A stretch of 63,857 nt of DNA, the filler included, from Reticulomyxa filosa (lineage: Eukaryota > Protista > Foraminifera): NCBI GenBank assembly GCA_000512085.1. It is 17 parts of 17 records of this genome, joined end to end, with 100 filler letters (N's around TTAATTAATTAA, not from the genome) between each part and the next. Parts side by side here need not be neighbours in the genome. Positions count along the whole stretch, not along the records: positions 1 to 4,132 come from ASPP01006712.1; positions 4,233 to 10,060 come from ASPP01017916.1; positions 10,161 to 16,248 come from ASPP01006249.1; 14 more parts are not named here. The stretch is one strand, 5' to 3'. Of the stretch, positions 1 to 12,739 are shown one piece after another. Numbering within the stretch: position 1 is the first letter of the stretch; every line of letters begins with the position of its first letter. The notes under the pieces were generated by a model that had not been told where the DNA came from, did not search any database, and worked only from the letters and a program-made list of their open reading frames with translations. The position numbers and the translations under genes were made by a program.

Positions 1-674
1 CAACATATATTTTTTATTTTTATTTTTATTTTATATATTCGGCACATCGAGTTCTCGAGGTCCGAATCTTGTTTTGTTGTGTGTTAATGAAAAGTTTTAG
101 GATTGCAGCGATGAAATAAAACGACGATGGCCATAATCAAATCTTTGACGGGGACCAGTAATTATTTGAGATCTTGGAGAAGCCAGAAATGGACTTTGAG
201 TTGGAAAAATGTTGAATATCGAAAACACGTCATTGCAGACCAAGTGGATATCCAAGAGTTTTCGAATGGCTTGTGTGAAAGAATGTGATTGATTTCAAAT
301 TTATTTCTATTGTGTGCCAACATTGAAACTATTTTTGTTGTGTTGTCAAGATTATTTAAAATTATAATGAAAAATACAAATATTTTCTAAGCTAATAAAT
401 CAGTAAAATGTTTTTTTTTTTATAGAAAAATCTCCAGTATTCAGGACTGTTCTATTATATGAAACAATCTTTAACGACATAAAATACTTTTGAAAAAATA
501 CTAATAGTGATTGAATGTTGATAATCCCTTTTGTTTTTTTTTTAAAAAAGCAGTTTATGCAATTGCAAAAAAACATAAATATGACCACTAAAAACACTAA
601 ATCATTCAAATATAAAGTTAGACAAAATAAACATCAATTCAAATATTAATGAATATTAAAAAAAAAACTTGAAT

Positions 675-1869
675 TTAAATTCGATGTTCAGTTTTTACAT
701 TTTGCACACATCGAATGGAATCAACCCAATCTTGCACTTGAGATTGAGTATCACAAACGAATCTCCACTGTCGATTAATTGTCGACAATTGAAATCTGTT
801 GTTCAATGTACGATAAAAAAAAATGACAATGTAGGAAAAAAAAGATTGAAAAACGAAAAGCATACACATACACACCCATGGGATTTTTTGGATGAAAAGC
901 GAACAATTTTGATATCAATAACGTGACCAATGTTAAGTTGACCAATGACACGATCAAGACGTTTATGATTGTGATGATAAATGAGAGAGCCATCATCCAT
1001 CAAAATAAAAAAGCGTTTGCGCCAAGTGCGAAACTTATGTCCTTGCTTTTCCAGATAGCCTTGTTTTACCACTTTGCATTTGTTTTGAATATCCTCCTTG
1101 CAAGTTTCGCATTCGACAGAAGCATCAGTTTCAATATCCAATTCAGGACCACTGCTATTATAATCTTTGATTTTCTCATCGGCTTTCAAAATGGTGCTTT
1201 CTTTATCGCTTGTCAAGTTGGTGCTATTTTCGGTGGACACAACAACATCTTTGTGTTCCGCGCCAGTGTCTAAGCTATTCATTGCAGCACTAGTCAGCGT
1301 TTGAATTTGGTCGTGGGAGATAATCGGCGTGAGAGTATGTTGTTTTGTGGATATTTTCAATTGCATGTACAATCCCTTCAATTCATTATACTTTGTCTCC
1401 AATGCCTCAATGTCATGAGATAATGTGTTTTTATGACTTTGCAAATCGCTTTGCACTTGTCGTAGTGCATGTGCGATCGATGCACGTTTGCGTTTGGTGC
1501 GTCGTTTGCTTCTTTCTAAAGCGATGATACGCGAGTGTTGTTTGATATTAATTTTGTCACTTTGCTTTTTCAAGTCGTTTAGCATTTCCTCGTTTTTGCG
1601 ATCCAAAAAGTCCATTCGAAGATTTAAGTGCTCGGACATGTTTAGTTCCTCGTGTCTTTGCATTTCTGCAGGGATTAGAAGCTCCTGCGTACATCCGTAT
1701 TTCAAATACGAACATTCCACTAGTCGATACGCACACTCATGGGATACATGATTCGATGCGTTTTTGCGAGCGATTTTTTGATTGCACCGACGGTTTGGGC
1801 ACGGCACAGATCCATTCATACATTCTGTTTCCATATGTTGTTTCATTGCTTGGCGTGTCCCAATCGCTC
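675..1869 (-). CDS. TRAF-type zinc finger + coiled coil + C-terminal PH-domain protein (2 exons seen)
   Basis: Two TRAF-like Zn fingers (HMETECMNGSVPCPNRRC...HVSHECAYRLVECSYLKYGC...H), a heptad-rich coiled coil, then a PH domain: KQGYLEKQGHKFRTWRKRFFIL in ORF 803-1888, completed by a spliced exon at ~675-800 (FQLSTINRQWRFVCDTQSQVQDWVDSIR*). Confidence 0.8.
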
Positions 1870-1888
1870 CTATATCACAAGTAAACAA

Positions 1889-1889
<1 letters not shown>

Positions 1890-1950
<61 letters not shown>
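1890..1950. repeat. (TA)n microsatellite inside a putative intron
   Basis: Long, nearly pure TA dinucleotide run. Confidence 0.95.
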
Positions 1951-1952
<2 letters not shown>

Positions 1953-1990
1953 AATTATTTATTTATATTAATTTTATGCCAAATACAAAC

Positions 1991-2834
1991 CTGAAAGAGC
2001 ATCCAAAAGTAATTCCGCTTGTCTTTCTTTTTCTTCTTCCATTTTTCTATTCTGAATAATCTTTTGTCTCATTTCTTCCAACTCTTGCTGAGCTGTTTTT
2101 GCTTGATTCCACACTTGCTCGCCGCCTTTTCTTGCACCCAATCCTTCCGTTCCTCTTCGACGAGGTGCCGCCTTGATGGGGTTGGCTATGCCCTGCTCCA
2201 ATTTGCCCAAACGGTCGCGGAAACCCATTTTCAACATCAGCTTTAAACCATACCCGCTTGTATGCTTTTGCCAGCTTCCATAGTCTGTGTCGAGTTGGGC
2301 TGGAATGTACGAGAGTTTGTCCTTGTCATTTTCTTTGCTATTGCCATTGCTGTTGCTATTGCCATTGCTGTTGCTATTGGCCATGTCCTTCTCGAGCCAT
2401 TGTTTCAATGCTTCTTTTTCATTGACTTGTCTCTTTCCATTCATCTTTGATTTGCTGCCAAATTCTGCTGGCAGGCCTTCTTTGCCTAATTTCGCTTTTC
2501 TCAAATCCTTTTCATTTGTCTTTGCATTCTGGCTTTTATTATTATTGATATTATTATCTTCCGTTGTTACATTCATCTCTTCAGACTTCGCTTCAGTTGC
2601 TTCTGCTTTTGGTGACTGTGGTGGCTGTGGTGGCTCTTCGTCCACTCTTTGTATCCCTCCAGACACAAAGTTAAATTGTAGTGAGCTCATTGTATTCAAG
2701 GTCTTTTTTTTTTCTCTTTCATTTGTTCGCTGTTTTTGACGAGGAGGATCTGATGAATATGAATCTGCCCATATCCCATACACTCTTTGCTCTTCTGATA
2801 ATCGAGTCGGCTTCGAGTCAAATTCTTTGCTCGT

Positions 2835-2868
<34 letters not shown>

Positions 2869-3008
2869 ATCCACGTCCTAAAAAATATTTTCAGAAATCA
2901 GACACAAAGAAAGATAATCACAAAATGACGTTCACACTTACTATGCCATTGACCATCTTCACCCCAAAAACCGGGTTCTTCATCATTTTCCTCGCTGCTG
3001 TCGGTCAT
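1991..3008 (-). CDS. TFIP11: TFIP11/Ntr1/STIP-like spliceosome-disassembly G-patch protein, N-terminal half
   Basis: Short first exon MTDSSEENDEEPGFWGEDGQWH followed by GTAAGT. TIP_N-like motifs RLSEEQRVYGIWAD, FNFVSGG and LPAEFG. G-patch YGSWQKHTSGYGLKLMLKMGFRDRLGKLEQGIANPIK...GLGA. The expected C-terminal GCFC region is not seen. Confidence 0.75.
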
Positions 3009-4132
3009 TATATTTTGTTAATTTTTTTATAAATACCTCTCCTTGTTCTGGGCACTCAACAGCAAGTTTAAAACAAGGACCGTTGTGCTGCAAAGCAATG
3101 ATAAAACAATAAATAACTTAATTTATTTGGCATAATAAAAGGCTGTATACTGCTGATATTATGCACTGTAAAAGTCTTTGTTCATTAAAAAATGTGAGCA
3201 AATAAAGAAAAATAAGAAATAGGATGATCGAGAAAAATAGAATTTTGGCAACAACTGGGTGTCTTTTAAAAATGTAAACACACCAAAACTAACCGTGTTT
3301 TGGTTTTTATACGTGTTTAGGAAAAAAACCTTTTTTGTCAAACTTGTGAAAACAGTGTAGCTAAATGGACGCAATAAAATCAGGTGATAAAAAACAAAAC
3401 ACAGTAGAGGATATGATAATTCATGAAAATATGCGCAAAAAATACATGTACACAATATAGTGCCCGACTTGTTCCGTCACGAACTGCTGAAAAAGCACGG
3501 TTAAGCATAAACAAAGCACACAGTTGAGTATATGGAACGAAGTTTAAAACAAAACAAAACAGTGATCAATGGATTGGAGAGTACAAAACATAACGGTGCA
3601 AAAGAAAGCGAAACGAATGGAGGGGGAGCAAATCATAAGTTTTACCCGCTGGGAACACCAGAGACTCGAATTTTGCAGGCTTTATATGTTGAGTTGGGAA
3701 GTTTGGAGTGAGGGAAAAAAAAGCGAACAAGGAAAAAAAACAAGGAGTGATTGATATTGGTTTGCGAAAATGTGAAAAAAAAAGAAGAACATAACTACTT
3801 TTTTTTTTTATATTTTTTATGTGTGAAAATCAACCTAGGAGGACGTAAATGCATATCGTAACAAACTGATATCCAGTCTCGACTTAGTGTCTCGTGAGTG
3901 GAGCCGACACATGCCAGTGGATGACACATCTTTAAAGCACGCCCACAAATGCGCGTTGAAAACAGTAAAAATGCATCAAGTTTCACCGGCCAATGTGGAT
4001 AACTTTTTGCTGGTTATTATAAAAGAATTTTAGATGAGGAGGGAGGAGAGGAGGCAAAATTTTTTGGACAAAATTCAAAATTATGATAATTTTTTTTTTT
4101 TTAATAAAAAAAAAAAAAAAAAAAAAAAAAAA

Positions 4133-4232
4133 NNNNNNNNNNNNNNNNNNNNNNNNNNNNNNNNNNNNNNNNNNNNTTAATTAATTAANNNNNNNNNNNN
4201 NNNNNNNNNNNNNNNNNNNNNNNNNNNNNNNN
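4133..4232. other. Artificial contig linker (44 N + TTAATTAATTAA + 44 N); first of 16 identical copies
   Basis: Identical 100-bp spacer with stops in all six frames at 4133-4232, 10061-10160, 16249-16348, 21146-21245, 22814-22913, 24038-24137, 26343-26442, 30132-30231, 35189-35288, 36636-36735, 38327-38426, 39822-39921, 41274-41373, 51852-51951, 53554-53653 and 55393-55492. Genes are cut mid-sequence at many of them. Confidence 0.97.
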
Positions 4233-4269
4233 CAAGTAACTCAAGGCTAACAAAAAAATCTCACTTCAA

Positions 4270-5438
4270 AATGATATTTCTATGGTATCTTTGGTGGTAT
4301 TTGCCATTGGAATTAACATGGGCCCTATATGTGTACAACCCAAATAACAGCAGTTATGTGTATGACAGCGGTGAATTGTATGCAACAGATTACTGTGTTT
4401 CCGAACAGACCAATCATAATCTGAGTATAGTGACATATCAATGTGTAAATTCAACACATCTGCGCAAGCATCATTGGTATGGGAATGCTACTGATTGTAA
4501 CATGAAAAGTTCCTCTTTGGACTACTATTCCCATATAGCATATCCAAATTTTAGTTTCAGCTGTCTCGGATACCAATACGTTGAAATAGCGTGGATTAAC
4601 TATACATACAATTATGTGTGGGGCTCTTATACGTGTGCATATGGAGAAAACTTTAAAGTAAACAATAGCAACATCACGACAAAAAAGAGAGTATATATTT
4701 TTTGTTATTTTGATCATTTCTGATCCATCGAATATCAACTAATAAAACAAAACAAAAAAAGGCAAGGACTGCAGTTGCCGATGTATGCGTACCAACAAAA
4801 TCGGGAAATGCGTTAGTGCACGTATATACCAAACAACAACTACACAGCAATAAATACACGCAAATATAATTAAAAAAAAAAAAAATAGATATTACAAATG
4901 GTCTTGTAATGCGTATTATCTTTTTTACACAGAGTATTATGATCAATATTGCCAGAATGTCTTATACAGTGTAGCCACGTTAGGCGAGTGCAATATCACC
5001 TTGCATTGTGGTTATATAGATCAAGATATATATTCCTGTGATTGCACAGAATACTCTTCCAGTACTACTAGTATCATTATTATTGGGGTTATTGGAGGTG
5101 TTGTGTTTATATTAGTTTCATTTGCTTTGTGTCGTTATTGCAAAAGATATTTAGACGACTATTATCACCGTTACTACATTCAGTTTTGTTTTGTTTTTTT
5201 TTTTTTGTTTCATTTATTGGAGAAGGATTTTTTTTATAATGGTATAACGATATACGTAATCTTAATAAAAACAAACAAATGTAAGTCCAACTTCTGTAAT
5301 GATCGCCGATCAAAAGAACCCATTAATCGCAACCAAAATTGCTCGAAGCGTGGACATCAATTGAACGTTAGTTCTTACCTTTTACCTTCAATCCTATCAA
5401 TGCTAATTGCGCTAGTGATCTCCCATGGAGCTTTTTGA
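4270..5438 (+). CDS. Hypothetical Cys/Tyr-rich secreted or single-pass membrane glycoprotein (multi-exon)
   Basis: Hydrophobic N-terminus, Cys-rich segment with several NxS/T sites, later TM helix (IIIIGVIGGVVFILVSFALC) followed by basic residues. Exon structure is approximate. Confidence 0.45.
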
Positions 5439-5822
5439 CAGTCTGTGATTGTTTTATATACTTTTTTTTGTTTTGTTTTATTTTTTACTGTAGGATGCAA
5501 ACTGTAAATTAAATCATAAGTATCTTCAATATGTTACACTTATCCGTTTTTCCAAAATTTTAGACTTTTTTTCTTATATCCTTTCGTAACTGATCTGACT
5601 CAAAAAAACTCACTCTGAAAGCAGCTAAAAATATTATTGCAGAGAATTTACTATTATAGTTTTTTACTATTTATTGTACCCAAATTAATGAAAACATCTT
5701 TTTTTGCATTGTTTCAATTTTCACACAATTGTGCTTTGTCTCCTTGGATAAGGGTATGTACGTATTGATTTTATTTCGGCTGAATTTTTTTTAAAAAAAT
5801 TAGGGGAAAAAGAAATACTGCA

Positions 5823-7342
5823 ATGCCGTCGCTTCCGATTAATCTTTCTCTGGAGAATAAGTCACTTCATTCCCAAGACCCACAAAGTTGTAATTGCAAC
5901 TTTCATGCTTTCTTGGGGAACGCTCAGACAGCTGGAACGTCACGAATAGAGAATTGGTTGAATTTTGCAGAAATTTTGGGATTATTATTATTTTTCTCTT
6001 TTTTTGTACTTGGTCCTCCAATTATATTGTGGGACGTCGCCTTGATCAACCAAAGTAGAATATATCAACATGCAAAATTAGAGTATTTGGACAACGTGGT
6101 AATAAGTGCATTCTATGGTGTGGTTTGTTATGTACTATTAAAATGTATACTAATTGAAATGTCGACACATCAATTACAAACGTCTAACTCAAAACAAAAG
6201 CTATTGCGGTTGTTGGTTGTCATATCATCACTTCTCATAATCGGAATGGCAGAAGTGGATGAGTACATGCAGTATGGATATTATTCACACTATAGGGGTT
6301 TTTTATTTCAATGTTTAATAACGCTGTTGTTATATGGAATCGTTGAGCACAGCTCAAAGCATCGAAAGCAGAATCAGCATATGCTCCGATGGAATGATGT
6401 ACGCCTTTCTTGGAAGAATATTGAAGGTATATCCAATCAACGCACTTCAAAATTTTATTTGCTGCTGTGTGGCTTGTTTTGGATTGGTATTTTTGGTATT
6501 ACCTGTTTTGGAGTGACTTATTTTTTGGGTAACTTTCTTCTCTTTTTTTCAATCATATCCACTGAAAAATGGGTACTCAAAAAAACTGCACGACAAGTGG
6601 ATGTCATTCGGTTGGAATATTGCGCTAGCCTTAAAGGACCTTCTTTTGAAATTGTGACCGAGTTTGTCATATCAATCGTGTATGGAAGTGCTTCTGTGTC
6701 ATTATTCCTGTTTTGTGGAGAAATTTGTTTCATCATCTTCAAGACTATGCATGTAATATCCGAATTGTTTGAGACTGGGTAAAACTAATACAATAACTAT
6801 AATAGCAATAAACAAAAAAGATAATTTTTCGTGAACATGTTTTTTTCTATATTTTAAAAAAACAACAAAGATTTCGCTCTTCACACGTATATTTTATGGG
6901 CGCAAAACAATTTGAAGAAACTGCGTTTTGCAAAATGTTGAGTTCATTTGAAATTATTCAAGACAGAGATACATCATACGAGGAATGGAAAATGCGCTAT
7001 TGTGTGGACATTACGTTACATTTTATTGCATATATCATGTGCGATATTGGGAGCATTGCTATTTTAAATATGTATTACTCGCCCTTTGAGTTTCCCACTA
7101 GCATAAACCAGTTATCCGAATTGGTCATTATAAATGTGTTGATTGACTGTTTTATTTTTGTCGCCCTCTATCTTTGGTTTTGGTGTGGCTATTCCGTTGA
7201 CTTACTTCAAGTATCATCTGTTCTTTTTGTTTCACCGGACCGAAGTAAATTTCATTGGCAATTTTTGTGGACACAAGCCTTTTTGTTTGTTGGATTTGCG
7301 TACTGGATTTTTTTGAAAATCCTAAAAAAAACTTTTTATTGA
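5823..7342 (+). CDS. Hypothetical multi-pass membrane protein (at least 2 exons)
   Basis: ORFs of 319 aa and 148 aa with many hydrophobic helices, separated by an AT-rich intron-like stretch. Confidence 0.55.
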
Positions 7343-7952
7343 ATAAACAATCAGATCAAGGTGAAACAAAGTGATAATATTTTCGTGTATATGAGAAAGA
7401 GTTTGTAATATTTTGTAAAGGAACAAATTTTAAGATTGCGTTCAAATTTAAAAATTTGTTTTTTATAGAGAAAATCAGTTATCTTTTGATCCATAACATT
7501 TTCTATTCTACAGTAGAGTGCAAAAGAAAATTGACCTAATATTGATTTTTGAAAATTTGTGGGGGAAATTTGACAATCGTGCCTATTGCAACAATGAAAT
7601 TTGCTAACTTTTTTTAAACATTTTCATTATTTTTGTTATTATAACCATTTTCAAGAATAAAAAATATAAACAATAATTTTAATAAAAGCTGCAAATGCAA
7701 AAAAAGCTAAAAAAAAATAACGAAAGCAGCAAACAACAAAAATAGCAAAAATTCGAAAACTTAAAAGACGAAAATTTAGTTTTAAATTTTTCAAACAATT
7801 GTGAAAGAATCAAATCTATATTATAAAATAGTATATAATTTTTTTTAATATGAAAAAAATTTGTGTTTCTTCATGTAGAAAATCGATTATCTATAATGTG
7901 CCGTTTATGTCAACTTTATGTCTTTTAAATTTCAAGAATATTTTTACAATTA

Positions 7953-10060
7953 TTAAACAATACTTAAAACAAGCTTTACTAAATGTTCAATATTCTGACC
8001 TAAGTCAAGTTTGGTGATATTACATCCAATCACTACAATTAATTTGTTACAATCATATTGTGCTTTTCTACGGATGACAGTGTTGCAATCACTTCCAGCC
8101 ACGGTATTCTTGATATTTTGAATTGTTTTCTGGGGTATCTCCAAACGACACAATAACCGACTTGGGAGGGAAAGTAAATTCTGCTGTTGAGTAATTGTCA
8201 TAAAATATGCCAAAGTTTCAACAGTTGAATATTGTTGCATTGAATCTGCAGACGATATTGTCAAAACATTGCTTGCATCTTTAACCTCCATGTGATCAGC
8301 TTCTTTTGTAATAAAGTTTTGCATTGGCAACATTGAGTCTACCCTTTCACAATGTACTCCATGCATATTAAAAAATACATTGTTTAATGTTGCAACAACA
8401 GCATTATAATAATCGCATAGTATTTCATTTTTTTCAATTGTTTTTAACTCTTGTTTTTTCTCGTCACTGACAACATTCAGTGAAGAAACGTTATCCTCAT
8501 TTTTTTTTTCGTCATTGTTCACAGAGTCATTTGTCGATTCATTAACATCACTCCATAACACAGCATTTCTCGGCAATGTGGTATGTTCAATTTGCATTTC
8601 TTTTATTACTTTTTCTTCCAAAGGAATTTGGTTAGATTCAACTTTTTTCTCTTCTGTTTCGTCAATTAACTCGTTTGTTTGAAGGGACTCTATCTTCCAA
8701 TTTTTGCAAAATTCTCTGATTAAATTTTCAATATCAATAATCTCCTGGCATTTCCAAATATCCTCTTTTTTTGCACTTTTCATCTTTGCATTTATATTTG
8801 CCGTGTCCGATGCAATAACTAATGAAGACAAAACTGAAAGATTTTCCAAAGGATTTTCTCTCGACTTATGAACAGACAAATTTTCATTCTCTCTAGAAGC
8901 ATCTAATTGATCCAAGGTGCTCTCTGTCGGTGCAAATAAAGCATTCAATGCAAGATCTTCGTCGCTAGAATCAACTCCCAACCGGTCTCTTATCTTTTTT
9001 ATGGCTGCAGATGAGCCCATTAAATATAATGATTTTGCTGCCTCCATGTAAATGTATCTTTCTTCATCATTTAACACAACAGCAATTAGTGCATCCAATA
9101 CCTTTTCAGTTGCTGCAGCAGGTCCCATTAGGCTTAAAGCTTTAATCGCATTCCAACGAACACCTTCATTTTTGTCCTTCAAAGTGATTGTTAATTGATG
9201 TAATACATTTTCCAATGCGGCAGCTTGACCTATCAATCCCAATTTCTGTGCAGCGTCTCTGCGAACAGTCCAATTATCACTTTTCAAGTCTATTATCAAT
9301 CGATTTGTCACATTTTCCATGGCTGATGCTCCCATCAAACCCAATGACTTGGATGCCCTCTTAGCAACATTTGAATCTGTATCATGCAAAGCAACAACTA
9401 ATCGATGTAACACTTTTTCTGTTGCCGCCGCTGGACCAAATAAGCCAAGAGTGTTTGCTGTTTCCAAGCGAATGTCTACATCTGTATCCTTTAAAGTTTC
9501 GGCCAATTGATATAAAATTGCGTGTGTGGCTGCAGCTGACCCGAATGAGCCAAGAGCTCTTATCACTTCCAATCGAACATCTTTGTTCATATCCTTCAAA
9601 GCAACAGTCAATTCATCCAACACACGTTCGATAGCTGCTGCTGCTGCTGCTGATCCAATCCTTTGCAATTTTTTTGCCGCTTTTTTACGTATTTTCGAAT
9701 TTGCATCTCTCAAAGCGGCTGCCAATATAATCGGTTTTAATGAACTTGATATCTTTGCTATTTCCACGCGGGTATCCCAATCGCAATCCTTTAAAGATAG
9801 AATCAACTGATCTACAATGTCCTTTGTATGTGATTCGGGCCCCAAATAACTTACTGCATGTGCTGCTTTCACACGAATTACAGAACTGTCATGTTTCAAA
9901 GCGATTTTCAATTGGTTGAGTATGCATTGATTTGCATCATCATCTTCTCCGGAGCTATTAATCTCTGTCAGATATTGCACAATAATTGGTGGGTCTTCAT
10001 TAAGGAAGATATCCTCAACACTTTTTGCAAACTTGTCTAAAAATGTGAATATCTTATCAC
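7953..10060 (-). CDS. HEAT (PBS-lyase-type) repeat protein, 5'-truncated at linker
   Basis: Tandem ~35-aa repeats of the type LxxALKDxxxxVRxxAAxxLGxxGxAAAxExVLxxL, intronless. The reading frame stays open up to the linker. Confidence 0.85.
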
Positions 10061-10206
10061 NNNNNNNNNNNNNNNNNNNNNNNNNNNNNNNNNNNNNNNN
10101 NNNNTTAATTAATTAANNNNNNNNNNNNNNNNNNNNNNNNNNNNNNNNNNNNNNNNNNNNAAAAAAAAAAAACATCAAAAACAAAAAAACAAAAAAAAAT
10201 AAAAAG

Positions 10207-11096
10207 GCAAACACGTACATGTTCATGAAATTGGCTTTCCAAATTTTGCTCGGTCGACTGTATTTCGAGGTGACGTACCTGAAGACAAATGGAAGACTCA
10301 TATGACAATAGAACGTTTCAAGCAATTGTTAGAAATCAATCCTCAAGACGAACAAAGCATTTTAAAGTACTTCCAACCATTGGAAACCATTGAACAAAAG
10401 TTCAGCGAAGTGTTGGAAGATATCAGTATAGACAAATGGCGTCCTTTGGACAGAGATCATCGTCCGGACCGATCCACTGGTGTTGCTGTGCTTATTGGAG
10501 TAAGTTTACTCAGCGCTGCTTTCCAAGGATATCCAGCACGTTTGATGATCTTTTCAGGAGGGGCCCCCACCATAGGTAAAACTTTTTTTTGTAAAGTTCG
10601 TTCAATCATCAAACAACAACAACAACACATTTTCTATCTATATTCATGCATATACATACATACATATATGTATATAAATGTTATGATTTACTTATGTATA
10701 AAAGGCCCGGGCAAGGTTGTGGAATTAAAATATGCAAATCATATTCGCCAATACCGTGATTTGGAAAAAGGCTCAGCGCCATTGTTTGATAATGCAGTAA
10801 AGTATTACACCGATCTGGGCAACCACGCCGTGTCCAACAAACACGTGATCGACTTATTCGCGTGTTGCTTGGACCAAACGGGTGTGGCCGAGCAACGAAC
10901 TTTGGTGGACCACACTGGCGGAGTGTTGGTGCTGAGTGACACATTTCGTACGTCTGTGTTTCAAGAATCATTCAGCTCTTTATTCATGTGCAACGCCACG
11001 GAGGAATTGAGCATGTGTTTTGACGCTGAAATTAAAGTGAGAACATCTCGACAAATCAAAGTTGCGTTGCTTGTGATATCATCATACACATATACA

Positions 11097-11128
<32 letters not shown>

Positions 11129-12447
11129 AATATCTATTAATCCAATGACAATACATACAAAAGGTAAATGCGTGCTTGGGACCAGTCACTCGTATAACTG
11201 AAAAAGTAAAATCCAACTCGGTTTCCAATAATACGAATGAAATTGGCATTGGTGGCACATCGAAGTGGAGCATCGGCGGCATATTTCCGAGCACTACGTT
11301 TTGCTTCGTGTTTGACATAGCGAGCAATATGACAGCAGATGACACTACGGATGCGGCGTATATCCAATTTCAAACCACGTACAAGACGAGCTACGGCACC
11401 AATGTAACTCGTGTAACTACTATTGGCGTGGCCTTGGCAAATATCAACAAAACCGATGGGTTCAATAAGGTGTGCGAAAACATGGATAACGATGCTGTGA
11501 CAGTCGTCATGGCGCGCTGGGCTATTCACAAAGCGGATACCGAATTTATGTGTCCATTGATGAACTGGTTGGATCGAGAAATCATCAAATTTTGTCGAAA
11601 AGTATCTACGTCTCAAAAAAATAATGTCGAATCTTTTCGAATGCCAAACTCGTTAGTCAAATTCCCAGAAGCAATGTATTACTTGAGAAGAAGTCAATTT
11701 ATTCATCCCAATGACTACAGCTTAGATGAAAGCGCTTTCTTCAAGTGCAGTTTAATGCGAGAAAATATAGTCAATACAATGGCGATGGTCCAACCACTGC
11801 TTTATTGCTATACTCTTGAAGACGAAACTATGACCCCTGTCAATGTGGAATTGGAATATTCGAGTAGACATTCCGACGTTATTTTGTTGCTGGACAGTTT
11901 CTTTCACTTAGTTATTTGGTGAGACTTTATTTAATTTTTTTTCCTCTTTAGTATGTTTACAACTTTTTAAATTATATATATATATATATATACATATATG
12001 TATATGTATGTGTGTATGTTATCAAAAAAATAATGATGATAAAGGTATGGTGCTAATATTGCGTCATGGAGAAATGACAATGTGCAAAATGATCCAGAAT
12101 ATGCTTGGTTTGGAGAATTATTACAAGCACCCAAAAATGAGTGTAGCAATCGGGCACCCAATCGATTTCCTTATCCTAACATCATTGAGTGTGACGAAGG
12201 TTCAGGCCAGGAACGATTCTTAGTGGCAAAGATGAATCCTAATATTGTCTATGACGAAGAAAAGGTATTGCCTATTTGGTTTTTTTTTCTTTTCAGTGTC
12301 TTTCTTATTTCTTCAATCATCAAAATCATTCGGCCACCTTTTTCATTACAGAATGATCCAGAAGATGAAGGAATTCATACACAAGACGCAAGTTTGAAAA
12401 CTTTTATAAAGAGCTTGATTAAAGCTGCGGTCGCTATGCAAACATGA
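10207..12447 (+). CDS. SEC23: COPII coat subunit Sec23 (5'-truncated, multi-exon)
   Basis: VHEIGF..STVFRG, RSTGVA, ARLMIFSGGAPTIG/PGKVV, HVIDLFACCLDQTG, YIQFQTTY, WLDREII, MYYLRRSQF, LLLDSFFHLVIW, RFPYP, GSGQERFLVAKMNP. GT-AG introns at 10576-10704 and 11061-11163 join in frame. Confidence 0.95.
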
Positions 12448-12739
12448 CACATGTCAATCCTTTTCTTTATAACAAAAAACTCTTATAATTTTTTTGGGTT
12501 AACGATTTCGTTTTTCTGCAATCCCTTTTGCATGACTGAATCACTCATCTTCTGGCATAATTCTTAAGCATTAACTCCATTCATTTATTTATGCAGTCAC
12601 TTTTTTTATTTTGCATAATTTTGAATTTTTGGTATTTTTTAAAAAGTGTAAGAATGACATAGACCATTTGTCAACACAATGCAAAGCCGTGTTTTGGAAC
12701 TGTTCTCTTCCCCCTTCCTGTTCCATCCGCAAAACGATT

